Positions 1 to 12,468 of a stretch of DNA of 64,000 nucleotides are shown in pieces. Made by a program: the position numbers and the translations under genes. This stretch comes from Podarcis erhardii (lineage: Eukaryota): assembly GCA_964252035.1 (NCBI GenBank), contig OZ176211.1. The stretch is one strand, 5' to 3'. A model generated the notes under the pieces. It worked only from the letters and a program-made list of their open reading frames with translations, searched no databases and was not told where the DNA came from. Within the stretch, counting starts at the first letter, position 1, and each line of letters opens with the position of its first letter.

Positions 1-513
1 GAACACTCCCCAATGCAGAGAGTACTGGCTGAAATCCAGAGCAGGCAGTTGAAAAATTGCTTTGCTGTAAATGCTCTTGAAACAGTCCATTAAGACACCA
101 TCGAACCGTTTTTCTTTGCTGCTGGGAGTTGCCACCTGGCCTTCGTTTTGTTTTCTGTTTGCTCGTTTGGTATGGATGTGTTTTGAAATTCCCAGGACCA
201 ATGTGTTTTCAATGGCACATTCCCAAGAGCTTTTTTTTAATTAAAAAAAAATGAAAATCATTTGCCCCATCACTGCATCTGCATACATGTTTCAATACAA
301 TTCGCCTCCATTAAACATATATTCATTTTGCAAATTCTAAATTGGACAATATCAATTTAAAATCTCCTAGGTAATAAGATGAAAGCCTTTGTTAACTGCA
401 GCTTATATAGCATTATATTTAATCTAGACCTGCTCCTTTAGTGGTTATCTTCCCTATTCACCAGGTACAGTTTCTTGAGATGGCAGAATGTGCATGCAGT
501 ACCATTAGCTCAC

Positions 514-685
514 CAGCTCCTTTTCCTTTTCCAATTTGTCCCATGGAATCTGACTCATTTTCCCCAAACTGATGTGATTCCCTGTCACCGAGATGAGGAA
601 TTTGGCAGGGTGAGAAGCGGAAGCCTCTGTTTGTGCTTGAACAGCTCCTTTTTCTTCCAAGTGTGTGAGAGAAAAATCCAGCTGC
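514..685 (-). CDS. Candidate internal coding exon of an unidentified minus-strand gene
   Basis: On the minus strand, acceptor ...gtcacaaactag|G at 685 and donor GAGCTG|gtgagc at 514; 172 nt. Two frames are open (QLDFSLTHLEEKG...MSQIPWDKLEKEKEL or AAGFFSHTLGRKRS...MGQIGKGKGA). No repeat similarity noticed; protein not recognised. Confidence 0.3.
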
Positions 686-1053
686 CTAGTTTGTGACACC
701 AGAATGACAATCAGTAATAAAGTCATCCAGGTCTCAGTAGAGATGGTTTAAAAAGATGCAACTGCAATCTGCAAACTAGTCAAGACAACATATTGGCTCT
801 TAAAACCAAATGCACCAACTTCATTTCATCCCCATTAGGACCTTAGCATTTTAATTTATTGGACCTAGCTAACTATTGCAGACCACAGCCTCATCCACAA
901 ACAGGGAAGCCTGAAAAATAGGCATTCCTCTATTTGAAGAGCAAAGTTTTGTGTAAAGATAAAGAACCATCAGAAAGGAGAGCAGTGCAGGGGTCTGGAA
1001 TTTGGTTGTCTACAGTTAGCATTTGGATAGTACACTAAACAGGTGCCCAACAG

Positions 1054-1494
1054 TAGGGATGGGGAGAACTTCAATTAAGTTTACATTTGAAAGCCAACTT
1101 GCTCAATCCACATTTCATGAGACCACAAGCAAATCGAAACATAGCTGTCTTTTGAAATTTGTACTTCCATTTTTTTCAATGCAGTTTTCCAGCCAAGCAT
1201 TGTGTACAAAAGTGCATTTAGTAGGGTAAAAATGTCAATTAAAATGTGCACATCAGTGAACATAAAATGCCTAGTAGTAGGGTTCATTTCTTGAAAAAAA
1301 TGTGCTGATTAGGAAAACCTGCATAGCCATTGTGCATCTAACGATAAATTCACGCAAAAATGCTGATGAATTTTCAAGAAGACTTTTTAAAAATAAATAA
1401 ATAACAGACTGATGTGGAAATTTGTGGAGAACTAAATTTAAGATTGGGGTGAGGAACGGAGATAAACCGATACTGACAGATTTGCACACCCCTA
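1054..1494 (+). mobile_element. Non-autonomous DNA-transposon-like repeat with TAGGG...CCCTA ends (family unassigned)
   Basis: Starts tagggatggggagaa and ends gcacaccccta. The internal AT-rich body is shared with copies at ~10260-10646 and 13476-14155. No clear TSD. Confidence 0.55.
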
Positions 1495-1973
1495 CACTGT
1501 GGTGCGATAATTTATTTATATTTATTTGGCATATTTAATTCCTGCTGTGTTGTCCAAAGAAGCTCTCAAAGTGAGTTACAAAAGATGCTCACAGCCATGT
1601 CTGGTACATATGAGATATATTCAGGAATTTTTCATGACAGTACTCACCAGCTACAGGGTACCAGCTCCTGTTATTTTGCTGCCCATGGCAGCCATTTTGT
1701 GCTGGTACCCACACCATTTTATCAATATATGAGCACTGGTATCTCTCTCTCTTTTTTTTTAACCCCCAAATCACTAGATGTAATTTATATACAAATATAT
1801 TCTATGATTAGTCTAGTCTAGTCTGTCCTGTTCTATTCATTATTATCATTCGTTTATTTGTAAATGTGACTATATGTGCAGGATATATTATGATTTTACT
1901 GTAATTTTACTGGTGTTAGCTGCCCTGAGCAGAGAGGGCGGGGAATAAACAATTTTTTAATTTTTTTATATTA

Positions 1974-2323
1974 CAGTGGTGCCCCGCAAGACGAACGCCT
2001 TGCAAGACGGAAAACCCGCTAGACGAAAGGGTTTTCCGTTTTGGAGGCGCTTCGCAAAACAAATTTCCCTATGGGCTTGCTTCGCAAGACAAAATGTCTT
2101 GCGAGTTCCTGCGGGATTCCCCCCCCCCTTTTCCCCCCTTTTCCTAAGCCGCTTATCAGCTGATCTGCTGATAAGCCGCTTATCAGCTGATCCGCTAAAA
2201 GCCGCTAAACCGCTAATAGCGCTAATCCGCTAAGCTGTCAATGGGCTTGCTTCGCAAGGCGAAAAAACCGCTATACGAAGAGCCTCACGGAACGGATTAA
2301 TTTCGTCTTGCGAGGCACCACTG
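1974..2323. mobile_element. Tc1/mariner-pogo-type MITE
   Basis: TIRs cagtggtgccccgcaagacga / cagtggtgcctcgcaagacga (20/21), TA on both sides, CpG-rich. Confidence 0.9.
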
Positions 2324-3039
2324 TATTATTATTTGTGAATTTTATGCTAATCTGTGTCACGAGTCTTCAACAACTGAAACCTGCTGAGAATCACAACACT
2401 GCAGGAGGACCACTGCTGACCACTGCTTCCTCTTAGCCCAGATGCTCACCCTCCTTGCTGCTCACCTCCCTCAGAAGTGGCTCGCAGAGAGGGATGGAGA
2501 TACTATGCCAGCTTTCCAGATGGGTCATTGTTGCCTACTGTGAGGTCAGTGTGGTGGTGCCAACACCCTGGCAGCAATGCTGCATTGGTTCTGCCAGTGT
2601 AATTGCCAGCTTCCCTACCGCTACTCTCCTCTCCTCCCCTTCCTCCATCCCACCTGCCAGGAAGCTGGCACCAGCTGTGTTCTGCTCAATGAGTCATTCC
2701 TGCCTTGCCCTGTCCTAGCATACAAGCAGTGTAATGAGACTGAGAAGATGGCACAGCACCCTTTCCCTTTCTTTGCACTCTCTGAATTGGTTCCAGAAGG
2801 ATGGGGCAAATGAATACATAGTAGTGAGAAGGTGGGCCCACTAAAAAGGGGGGAGGACAGACTGAGGGCTTTACTTGTTCAACAGCCTCTGCTCCTCCCC
2901 CCCAAAAAAACAACCCTGGCGCCAACACTTCCAGCAATCTATGCATTTTACACAATCTATATCCTTGGAATGTGGTCCTCGTGTCAGAATCAGCAGAATC
3001 AGCAGAGGCAGAACTACAGTTGTTCCAAAACTGTGGTGG

Positions 3040-3235
3040 TAGTACTAAAATCATCTAAATCTTGGACCAGTGCCTAGATGCAGTGGTGGGATGGATGCGG
3101 GCCGATAAATTGAAAGTGAATTATGATAAGACAGAGGCAATGTGGGTGGGCAGCTCCCAGGTCCAGGAACTGGGAAATCAGACTGTTCTAGCTGAGACTG
3201 TGCACCCTCTGAAACCGAATCTTGTGGTCGGTGCA
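3040..3235 (+). mobile_element. L2-clade LINE reverse transcriptase fragment
   Basis: Translation CLDAVVGWMRADKLKVNYDKTEAMWVG matches the L2/CR1-group motif CLxxVxxWMxxNKLKLNxxKTE. Confidence 0.7.
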
Positions 3236-3414
3236 GACCCCTAGCATGAGCACATTTTCCATATAGTTTAGTTATTAGTTATAATTGCTGATACTTAATA
3301 TACAGCCACAGGTATTGTTTAAAATAAGGCTTATTGACTTCAATTTAAATGTTATTTTCAGTGTTATTGAAATGCCAGGTTTAAACAGACTACAATTTAT
3401 TTCATAGCTACAAT

Positions 3415-3415
<1 letters not shown>

Positions 3416-3461
<46 letters not shown>
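3416..3461. repeat. (ATT)n microsatellite
   Basis: Direct reading. Confidence 0.95.
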
Positions 3462-3885
3462 TCTCATTTCATTACATGGAATTTGAGACCCTTCCAGACT
3501 GTTAGTTTTTTACAAGTGTATTCTTCAACATGTCACTGATATAATAATGATACATAGTACTGGATTTATACTGGACAGTCCATACATCAGTCCATACATC
3601 ATCCTGCTATCTTGCACCACATACAGTGCAACAAAAGTGGAACAAAAAAGAAACATTTGTGGCATGGAATTTTACAGCGTTTCAGCAGGAAGTTGCAGGA
3701 CATGCACCAATTGGAAATGAAGCTGAATGTCTGCTCCAAAATTTTTGCAGTTGCCCAAATCTTCATGAATGTCACAATTGAAAGGCCCATGTGTTAAAGT
3801 CAGATTTACTAAGTGCTCTCTACCTTGGACGAGGTATCCATTTAGACACAACTATTATTTTAATAATTATTTTAATAATTTTAAT

Positions 3886-4210
3886 GATCAGAAGGTCAGT
3901 GGTTTGAATCCCCGCAATGGGGTGAGCTCCCATTGCTCGGTCCCAACTCTTGCCAACCTAGCAGTTTGAAAGCACACCCAAAAGGGCAAGTAGATAAATA
4001 GGTACCGCTCCAGAGGGAAGGTAGACCGCGTTTCCATGCGCTGCTCTGGTTTTGGTGTTCTGTTGCACCAGGCTTAGTCATGCTGGCCACATGACCCAGA
4101 AAAACTGTCTGCGGACAAAGACTGGCTCCCTCGGCCTATAAAGCGAGATGAGCACTGCAACCCCAGAGTCCTCTGTGATTGGACTTAACTGTCAGGGGTC
4201 CTTTACCTTT
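3886..4210 (+). mobile_element. Sauria SINE (Squam1), 5'-truncated
   Basis: gatcagaaggtc...gaatccccgc head, gtagataaataggtacc core, BovB-like 3' part and ctttaccttt tail; homologous to the copy at 24541. Confidence 0.9.
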
Positions 4211-4589
4211 TATTATTTTTAAATGGCCTGCTCCTTGTCATACAAATAATGGAAATACAGATACATTAAAACAGGTTTTCTCAACATGGTGCCCTTCTGC
4301 AGTTTGGGACCTCTGGAACCAATCCACACCATTGCCCAGTGGTGGCAGGGCTAACATAGGGCTAACATAGAGGAGGAGAGTCAGGGGTTCTGGGGTTGGT
4401 AGTGGGGGCCCTGCTGGAAGTGGTCCCTCAATATATTCCCAGTCATGCAGTCCCTGATCACATGACACACTTGCACAGGAATGAAGTTGCATGCACACGC
4501 GCGCGCGCACACACACACACACACACACGTAATTGTTTCTGTAGGACTAGATGAGCATAAGAGTATTTGGGGCAGGTGAAGAGTCCATA

Positions 4590-5025
4590 AAATGCGGCAA
4601 CAATTTTACTTGCCCAAAAATAGAAAGAAGAAGGAGTCCCAGCAAAAGAAGAATGGTTACCAAAACATATGGAATATGCAGAAATGGCAAAACTTACCAA
4701 AAAAATAAGAAATCAAGATAACAAACTTTTTTTTATAAAAGAATGGAAATGGTTTATTTAATATTTACAAACAAACTGTAAACAGATAAGGACGTTGGCA
4801 GGATTATTGTAATAACCTGCAGTTTTAGAAGAGTATATATTTTAAGTAGATGAATAAATGAACAAATTAAGTTAATTAGGATATGCAGAAAATATTAAAA
4901 ATAATTTTAAGGAACAGCAGAAAGAGGGAGAAGGAAGTCAAGTTTTGAAATGTTAAAATGACTTTTAAATTATTGAAATGAATAAAACTGAAAATCATAA
5001 ATTAAATTAAATTAATAAATAAATA
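4590..5025 (+). mobile_element. L1/Tx1-type LINE 3' end (degenerate ORF2 C-terminus plus 3'UTR)
   Basis: Translation AATILLAQK*KEEGVPAKEEWLPKHMEYAEMAKLT...KEWKWFI*YL resembles L1 ORF2 C-termini; A-rich tail follows. Confidence 0.65.
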
Positions 5026-6429
5026 GTCCATAAGATACTGCCAGCAACCCAGCACCCTGGCAGGTCCAATTTTTGGACCTAGTGTTGATGTCTATCCTGT
5101 CTCTTGTTTAAATATACCTGTCATTTTAATGTAGCATTACTCCAGGAAATTAAAGTGGCAGTTAGACCATGTCTCTAGGGTCATTGCCCTCTACTACCAT
5201 GTAGCCCACTGCTGATGGAGGAGGGGATCCACTGAGAGTCAACCTTGGTTCAGGCTTAAGGCTTAAGCTCACATCTGCGGCTGAGTCACATGTAGAACAT
5301 TATACCAAATGAGCTTAATGGGGTTGTGGGGGGAGCATGTTCTCTTAGTCCAAAGCCCTCTGCTCATGATTCAGTGGCGCTGCAGATGGACCCAACACAT
5401 GGTGGCTGTGATTGGAGGACAATAAATACAGCCTGAAAAATAAATTGTATAGCAACTCCTCCTCAGCAGTCAAGCAGAAAATAGTAGGCTGCTGGTACAG
5501 AATAGAAATAGTAAGTGGTAGGCATCTGTGGGTTTGGAAGCAGCGAGATCCCCTGATAGGACTGGGCAAGGCAATCCACTCCAAACCCAAGCTCCAGCTA
5601 TATAATTATGTTTAGATTTGGCTTTTTACGGCCTGTAGTATTTTGCTTGGCTTCAGGACTGTTTGGGAGCTAGGACTTTCTTGAGCTGCCTATTTGCTGA
5701 TGATGTTCAGAGCTGCCAAAGTCATTACACGGACCATGCTGAGCTACGGAGCCCTTGTGATTCCGAAGGTCTTTGAAAACCCATTAGAGAGTGATGTGAT
5801 CTTAGTTGATGCAATGAAATGTTGTTCGTCGCAATAAAGGAAAATAAACATGTTAAGACAATTGGAGGGGAAAACAGTAATCAGCTGACTGGCTTCGGGC
5901 CGAACATCTCATTGTATTCTGCAGGGTGTGAAGCAAGCAATATAACAGGATGCATTTCAAGCTATGGGCAAGAAATAGAGGGGATCATTCCTGCAAAATG
6001 GTTTCTGGCTCTCTGAGAAGGTCAGGGAAAATACATATAAAGAGGGCTAAGTGGATGTCTTTACTCTTGCATTCAACCAGGATCTCTGAAAAGTGAAGCT
6101 CTGTATTTGTTTTCAGACTGTGAGGTGCATCCAGCTAAATCATACCCAAATTAGCACCACTGAAGTCAATGGAATTAAATGAGCCCTTACTAATTTAAGG
6201 CCATTGATGTCAATGGATCTATTCCGAATAAAGCTTAGCTGGATACCACCCTATGTTTCTGACTGCCACTACAAAACCCTACTCTCATTCTGAGAGTATG
6301 ACGCTGAACTCCCACGATGCCTTTGGCTTGCTCCATGTTGGAATGCTGGCCATTTTTATAAGGTGAACTTCATGTCCCAAGTTGCAAGAAGCAGAGGTAA
6401 ACAGCTCCTGCTTCCTCACCCTATGCTAT

Positions 6430-6950
6430 GGTGGTTTAGTGGTTAGAGTGTCGGACTAGGAGCTGGGAGGTAAAGATAAAGGGTAAAGGGACTCCTGACC
6501 ATTAGGTCCAGTCATGGCCGACTTTAGGGTTGCGGCACTCATCTCACTTTATTGGCCGAGGGAGCCGGCGTACAGCTTCCAGGTCATGTGGCCAGCATGA
6601 GTAAACCACTTCTGGCGAACCAGAGCAGTGTACGGAAACACCGTTTAACTTCCCGCTGGAGTGGTACCTATTTATCTACCTGCACTTTGACGTGCTTTCA
6701 AACTGCTAGGTTGGCAGGAGCTGGGACCAAGCAACAGGAGCTCACCCCGTTGCAGGGATTCGAACTGCCGGCCTTCTGATCGGCAAGTCCTAGGCTCTGT
6801 GGTTTAACCCACAGCACCACCTGTGTCCCAGGAGCTGGGAGACCAGAGTTCAAATCCCCACTCGGCTCTGAAGCTCAGTGTGTGACCTTGGGCCAGTCAC
6901 CCAACTCTGAGCCTAAGCTACTTCTCAGTGTGGTTTTGAAGATAATATGG
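6430..6950 (+). mobile_element. Older tRNA-derived SINE interrupted by a Sauria SINE
   Basis: A-box-like gtggtttagtggttagag, B-box-like gttcaaatcc, then gtgaccttgggccagtcac; split at 6470-6829. Confidence 0.7.
6470..6829 (-). mobile_element. Sauria SINE (Squam1), full length
   Basis: Reverse complement of the 24541 copy; 12-bp TSD aggagctgggag (6458-6469 / 6830-6841). Confidence 0.93.
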
Positions 6951-8991
6951 AGAGGCAAGGAAGCTTGTGCTCCTTGGATGGAGGGGTTTTCAACAAAAGG
7001 ATGAGCACCCTAGTCCAGCTATTTGCACAACAGCTTTGGGTCAATGGGGGGGGTGGAGCCAGCCCAAATTACAGAAACAGTCCAGAAAGGACCACATTGT
7101 ATATGTTTTATTTAATTCTTAACAAAATATATATTTCATGTTTAATGCACACCCGTTTCCGAATATTTCCTACTCTATACAAACAGTTGCGCTTTGACAG
7201 TATGACAGCACAGCCTCATCTGATTATGTACAGTCACATTTATATGCTTCCATAAGTGAACACTGTGCAAATGCAACAAAGTTGTGTGATAAACGTGTAT
7301 GAGTAGTTCAGCAATGACTGTGTGGGTGCCTATATTGTTGTTATTAGTCACTAGGATCTTAATATTCTCAACAGGTATAAATATTATCATATTTATTATT
7401 AACATAAAATTGAGTATCCCATTTAAAGATTTTTAGGTGGCTGTCCTTGCTGGGGAGACTGAAAAAGAGTTAACTGAAACCCAGACCTGCTCTCAGCATC
7501 CATGACCATCATCCTGGGGCAGAACTTGCACTACACATCCCCCTGTTGTCAGCAGTGACTGCCTGAATAAAGCTTTTGTGTGTGCCTAATTCCAGCTTCC
7601 TAGCTGATATGGAAGTGCTTTGCATCCACCACCAAGCATCTTTGTTCAGATGGATTCAAAATAAAGTTATGTGTTTTTTCATCTTTTGTGGTTTTGTGCT
7701 CTAAGATCTGCTTTGTGAAATGGTGGGAAAGTCTTTTGGTTGGGTGGGGTAGATTACCTTTAGGTGCCCTTCAGCTTTACAACTCTACAGTCACCAGAAT
7801 GTTCAGCGTGCAAATATTATCAGAATCTGCATCACATCACCTTACACTTTGACAGACGTGTCACTATCCTGATGCATAAGCAAAGCCTGAGGTGGATTCT
7901 GAGGAGGCCCATGGCTATGGTGCCAAAATTATAATGGTTATTAAAATACGGTGGGACCCTTTCCAATATATTACACAACTCTCCCTTCATAATAATGCTA
8001 TAAAACTTTCTAAGACCAGTGTGGCAAAAGACCTCTGACTTCCACGCTGTGGAGCACTGTGTAATAGTCTACAAAGTCCTCCAAAATTGGCTCACGCGAA
8101 AACCAGATGCCGAGTAATACTGACGCTGAGCATCCCTCATCCCTCATTAATGTAATTAAAAAGTTGTGTCAGAGTTTCCATCAGGAAGCCCCATTTTGCA
8201 GAACGCTCTGCAGAGGTCCTAGATATTTTTCTGGAACAGAACCTAAATGCTGTTGAGCCAAGAACAATATTGATTTCCCCTCACCCACCCCAGAAATGAA
8301 ATGAAATGAAGTGAAATTGATTTGTGAATTATATTTAAAAACAATATTTATTTGCTCATTCACTTATTCACACATTTTTGATGGCAGGTGGGACCTAGAT
8401 AGAGCATTTGTTGGTGTGTGTGTTTAAAACAATTGTTGCCTTCCAAACTTATGTATCAAGAGTTGTGACCTCCAAAAGGGTAGAACTTGAATTGCAGGTG
8501 GAATTAAAAAATATTTCCAGGCCCTGAAAGAAAAGCGATTATCAAAAGACCTTAATAAATGTTTTGTAGAAAGCTTTTTTCCATTTACCATTAAGAGTAT
8601 TTTCCTTGTGGTTCCCTTAACATCAAACCTGACAGCTGAAAATTAATACTCAAAAGAAACATGTCTCCAAATGTGTGAGTTTCACCACTGACATTTGTAC
8701 AGGAAATGCATTCTTCATTTTGCAAGTTGTCAATACACGACTTCTACTGATTGTCAATGCAAGGAAGGGGGAGAGAAACTGTCTCCCCTTCATTCAAAGC
8801 AATGTAGACAATGATTAAAGTGAGTTATTAAAAGTAGAGCAAATTCTGAGAAGTAATGTGGATGCCATATGGTGTGTGCTAACAAGCTCCCGAAATCCTA
8901 GCATAAACCAGGATGCTTCTCCTCAACACATCTGCATCTGTAATGTTAAGCAGCTATGGGAAATTCAGTAACAAGTATCCAAAATTCATTT

Positions 8992-8996
<5 letters not shown>

Positions 8997-9037
<41 letters not shown>
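8997..9037. repeat. (AG)n microsatellite
   Basis: Direct reading. Confidence 0.95.
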
Positions 9038-9040
<3 letters not shown>

Positions 9041-9124
9041 ATCAGAACTTAAATGTCCACAGTGGATGCTGGAAATTTCACCTCGTCTTCTTTTGGAAAG
9101 CTGCGTTTAAAACACACACTAGCC

Positions 9125-9262
9125 CAGGCTTCCTCAACTTCGGCTCTCCAGATGTTTTGAGACTACAGTTCCCATCATCTCTGACCACTGGGGTCCTGCT
9201 AGCTAGGGATCATGGGAGTTGTAGGCCAAAAACATCTGGAGGGACGAGGTTGAGGAAGCCTG
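9125..9262. mobile_element. Palindromic hAT-type MITE
   Basis: TIR caggcttcctcaac / gttgaggaagcctg; perfect 8-bp TSD cactagcc (9117-9124 / 9263-9270). Confidence 0.9.
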
Positions 9263-10259
9263 CACTAGCCTATTCCAATCTCTGCCAATGTCATGCCCTG
9301 GTAAATCCAGGGCCATCCCTACCATTAGACAGAGTGATATGGCCACCTCAGATGACACATGCAGTTTTGCTGGGCTGAGCTTTGTGTGCTACATTGCCAG
9401 CCCTGCACCAGAAAGTGCAAATTAGGTAGGTTCACCTTTAAATGGGAACCAAACTGAATTTCTCTCCCCATCACAAGCTAAAGTCTCCCCTTCCTCCCAA
9501 GGGTGCTTTCATTATAGACACAGGAGGAGTGTTGTGGGCCTTTTGCTCCATCTCCTCCTCTCCTTCTGAAAGAACAGTCACCCCATACAATAAGAGAGGT
9601 GGTGTCCCTCATTCTCTTTCTCCCTCTAGCAATGAACGACGCTTGCATTTCTTTTTCTTTAAAAAGAGAAAAGAGCCAACCTTTCCAATATTTGATTAAT
9701 GCATTTCTCTCTATTTTTTCCCCTTTCTCCTCAACTAAAAAGGAAGCTGTACTTTCTAAGGCAAACCTCTTCCATTTTATTTTATTTTTGGTAAGAATTC
9801 CCTGGTGTTTCCAGCCTATTCAAAGCCAGTAGTATCACTTTACACAATTTTTCATTGTACTCAGGGGAAGTCTATGGAAATTTTACAGCAATAAGTTACA
9901 AATGGGAAGCTGGAAAGGTGCCAGTCTGGATACTTCTCATGCCCTCATAGCATTTTTCCCCCTGCAGCACTTAGCACATTCCATAACATATAAAATATTT
10001 ATCCGACGAGCCTATTATATTTGTTTTGGAGAAACAAAATGTATTAAAAGGGAGCCACTGAAATGTCGTCTGGAGGATTGAATTGGTATGTTCCCTTTAC
10101 ATTTCAGGGGGGAATGACTGGAATAGGTTTTTAAATGCTGTTCCAAATTTTATTTCTTTCAGTGCCCCATTTGCTCTTTCATCTCAGCTTTTCTACATTT
10201 TACTCCCTTGGCCATTAGAGAAAATTGCTTTGCTAGAGTAAACTGGTGTTACTGGTAAG

Positions 10260-10646
10260 GAGAGGGCATTTAATCAGTTCAGGTTTAATGGCGAACCTAA
10301 TTCACACATTCTGGAACAATATGCAGACCAAAGCACAGCACTTTGTTAAAATTTGCACTTCTCTGAATTTTGCAGCGTAGAAAAATTACAGAGTGTAATG
10401 TGTAGAAAAATGCATACCCTTCTGTGTGTGTGTGTGCGTGTGTGTGTAAAAATAACACAAAAATGTGTTACAGTAGGGGAAATGCTTTACAAAAATGTGT
10501 ACATTATGAAAAATTTACACAGCAAAGCTGCTTAAATTTCATTTAGATTTTTTTTTAAAAAAATGGCAAACTAATTTTAAAAGCTGGAGAACTGAAGACT
10601 GGAAAAAATGAGAAAGTGAGAGAAAGTGAAATTGACGAAATCCCTA
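10260..10646 (+). mobile_element. Degenerate copy of the TAGGG...CCCTA repeat family
   Basis: Similar body to 1054-1494; ends gaaattgacgaaatcccta. Start position approximate. Confidence 0.5.
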
Positions 10647-11085
10647 GTTTGTGCTATACACTTTCATTGGGAGCCAGTTGCAATCCAACAGAGGGAGAGA
10701 TTGGTAGAAATGAGCCTCACTTAGTGGTGAAAAATATTTTATATATTTGCCTGTGTATGTGTTTGCTACAGAGGGAAATGAGTGGCCTCGTGACTCCCAA
10801 TGGAGGTGAGGAAATGATGCTTTGAGAGAAGATGCCTATTACAGTCTTGGACTACAATCCTAACCCCACTTAATGAGACTCATCCTCTTTGGAATCAAAA
10901 GAACTTATTTTTGAGTAGGCGTGTTTAGAATTGTACTCTTATTCTCAAACAAATGACGTCTGGGTTTGTCATTCCTGCATAGAAAAACCTGCATTCTGAA
11001 CTCTGGAGCACAATAAGTAGTTATGGAGTTCCCCTTTATGGAACACCCTCCCAGGGGATGTTGAGTTTGGCCCTGCGGCTGTCAT

Positions 11086-11341
11086 AGAAGAAGAAGAAGA
11101 AGAAGAGTTTGGATTTGATATCCCACCTTTCACTCCCCTTCAGGAGTCTCAAAGCGGCTAACATTCTCCTTTCCCTTCCTCCCCCACAACAAACACTCTG
11201 TGAGGTGAGTGGGGCTGAGAGACTTCAAAGAAGTGTGACTGGCCCAAGGTCACCCAGCAGCTGCATGTGGAGGAGCGGAGACGTGAACCTGGGTCCCCAG
11301 ATTACAAGACTACCGCTCTTAACCACTACACCACACTGGCT
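11086..11341 (-). mobile_element. Squam3-type tRNA-derived SINE
   Basis: Minus strand reads agccagtgtggtgtagtggttaagagcggtag...gtgaccttgggccagtcac...gggatatcaaatccaaactc(ttc)n. Confidence 0.85.
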
Positions 11342-11396
11342 AAAACCCAGCTGAAAACATTCTGGCTTATCCAGGTATTTGATCCATGGTTTGTTT

Positions 11397-11470
11397 TCAT
11401 AGAATCGTAGAATCATAGAGTTGTAAGGGACCCTGAAGATCTTCTGGTCCAACCCCTTGCAATGCAGGAA
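11397..11470 (-). mobile_element. CR1 LINE 3' end
   Basis: catagaatcgtagaatcatagagttg...ggtccaaccccttgcaatgcagg is the reverse complement of the CR1 terminus seen at 42260-42325. Confidence 0.8.
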
Positions 11471-11872
11471 AATGCAGCTATGCCATACAGGGATCAAATC
11501 TGCATCCTCAGTGTTATCAGCACCATACTCTACCCAACTGAGTTATCCAGCTTTATATCCAGCGCGAGGCCCTCTTTACTCTTGGTTCTCTTCTGTATAC
11601 TTAGTGTGGTGTCGTGATTTTATACTTGCATTGCTGTTTTAATGATATACCATGTGAATCTGCTCTGTGCTGGATCAGAAGAAAGGGCAGCTTATAAAAT
11701 AAATAAATCCAATAAATAAATATACCCTGCCCTTTAACAAAGTCCTCAGGACAGTATAGAAACGTGGGTGGGTGGATGAATCTATCTGTACCAGGAGTGG
11801 GGAATCTCAAGCTCAGTGAACAAATGTACCCTCCTCAAACCTCTGTCTTTTGCCTTCAGGACTTTACTCAGG

Positions 11873-12213
11873 CAGCGGTGGAGCAAGCCAATCGGATGCC
11901 TGGGGTGGCGTGTGTGCCCTGCACCCAGTGGCAGGGCCAGGTGCCCATGGGGCGAGACACTCCGCAGGGCCTCCAAAGAGTTTGCCTGCCTCCTCCCACT
12001 CAGCCACCCTACAGCTGAGGGGGAGGCGGCGGGCGGACCGTTTGGGGCAGCATGGAACCTGCGGGCACCCAAGCCACCGCGTCACTCCCAGGAGTGATGC
12101 ATGGCTCGGGTGCACTGCAGGCCCCGTGGTGAGTGCCGCCCGCCATTTTGTCACCCACCTCAGTGGTGACGCCCAGGGTGGACCACCCCATGGCCCCCCT
12201 TCCTCCACCCTTG
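11873..12213. mobile_element. GC-rich hAT-type non-autonomous element
   Basis: Imperfect TIRs cagcggtggagcaag / caagggtggaggaag (12/15); 8-bp TSD tactcagg / tacccagg (11865-11872 / 12214-12221). Confidence 0.8.
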
Positions 12214-12346
12214 TACCCAGGACTTTACCCTTTCTCCTCAAGCCACACCCCTCACCATTCCTGCTCTGCACCCTCCTACTCCCAACACTCACATTCTCAC
12301 ACTGAGATGTTTCAGGGATGGGCTCAGTAATTTCCAGTATACTTAC

Positions 12347-12468
12347 CAGGATCCCGTAGATAGAAGGTTTGAGTTTGAGGGGCCTACTCTAGGTGTGCTG
12401 AACTCCAGCACCACCGGCCCTGAGGTTTGCTGCAGCTCTGGATGAGAATCTGCCATGTCTGCCCATCC
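12347..12468 (-). CDS. Candidate first coding or internal exon of an unidentified minus-strand gene
   Basis: Acceptor gcattttctgctcttgcaacag|G at 12468 and consensus donor CTG|gtaagt at 12347. Only one frame is open (GWADMADSHPELQQTSGPVVLEFSTPRVGPSNSNLLSTGS); ATG at 12456 in context GACATGG. Local CpG enrichment outside repeats. Confidence 0.4.

Noticed and set aside
5657-5835. Plus-strand terminal exon candidate (acceptor, DCLGARTF...EGL*, two AATAAA)
   Set aside because: No supporting upstream exon or recognisable protein; such signals arise by chance in AT-rich DNA.
11764-12330. Cluster of long GC-rich ORFs, CCAAT/GC boxes, a GTG|gtgagt donor and a YY1-like GCCATTTT, suggesting a CpG-island first exon (MEPAGTQATASL...)
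   Set aside because: The GC-rich part lies between TIRs and an 8-bp TSD (11873-12213), so it is a hAT-type element; long ORFs are expected at this GC content.
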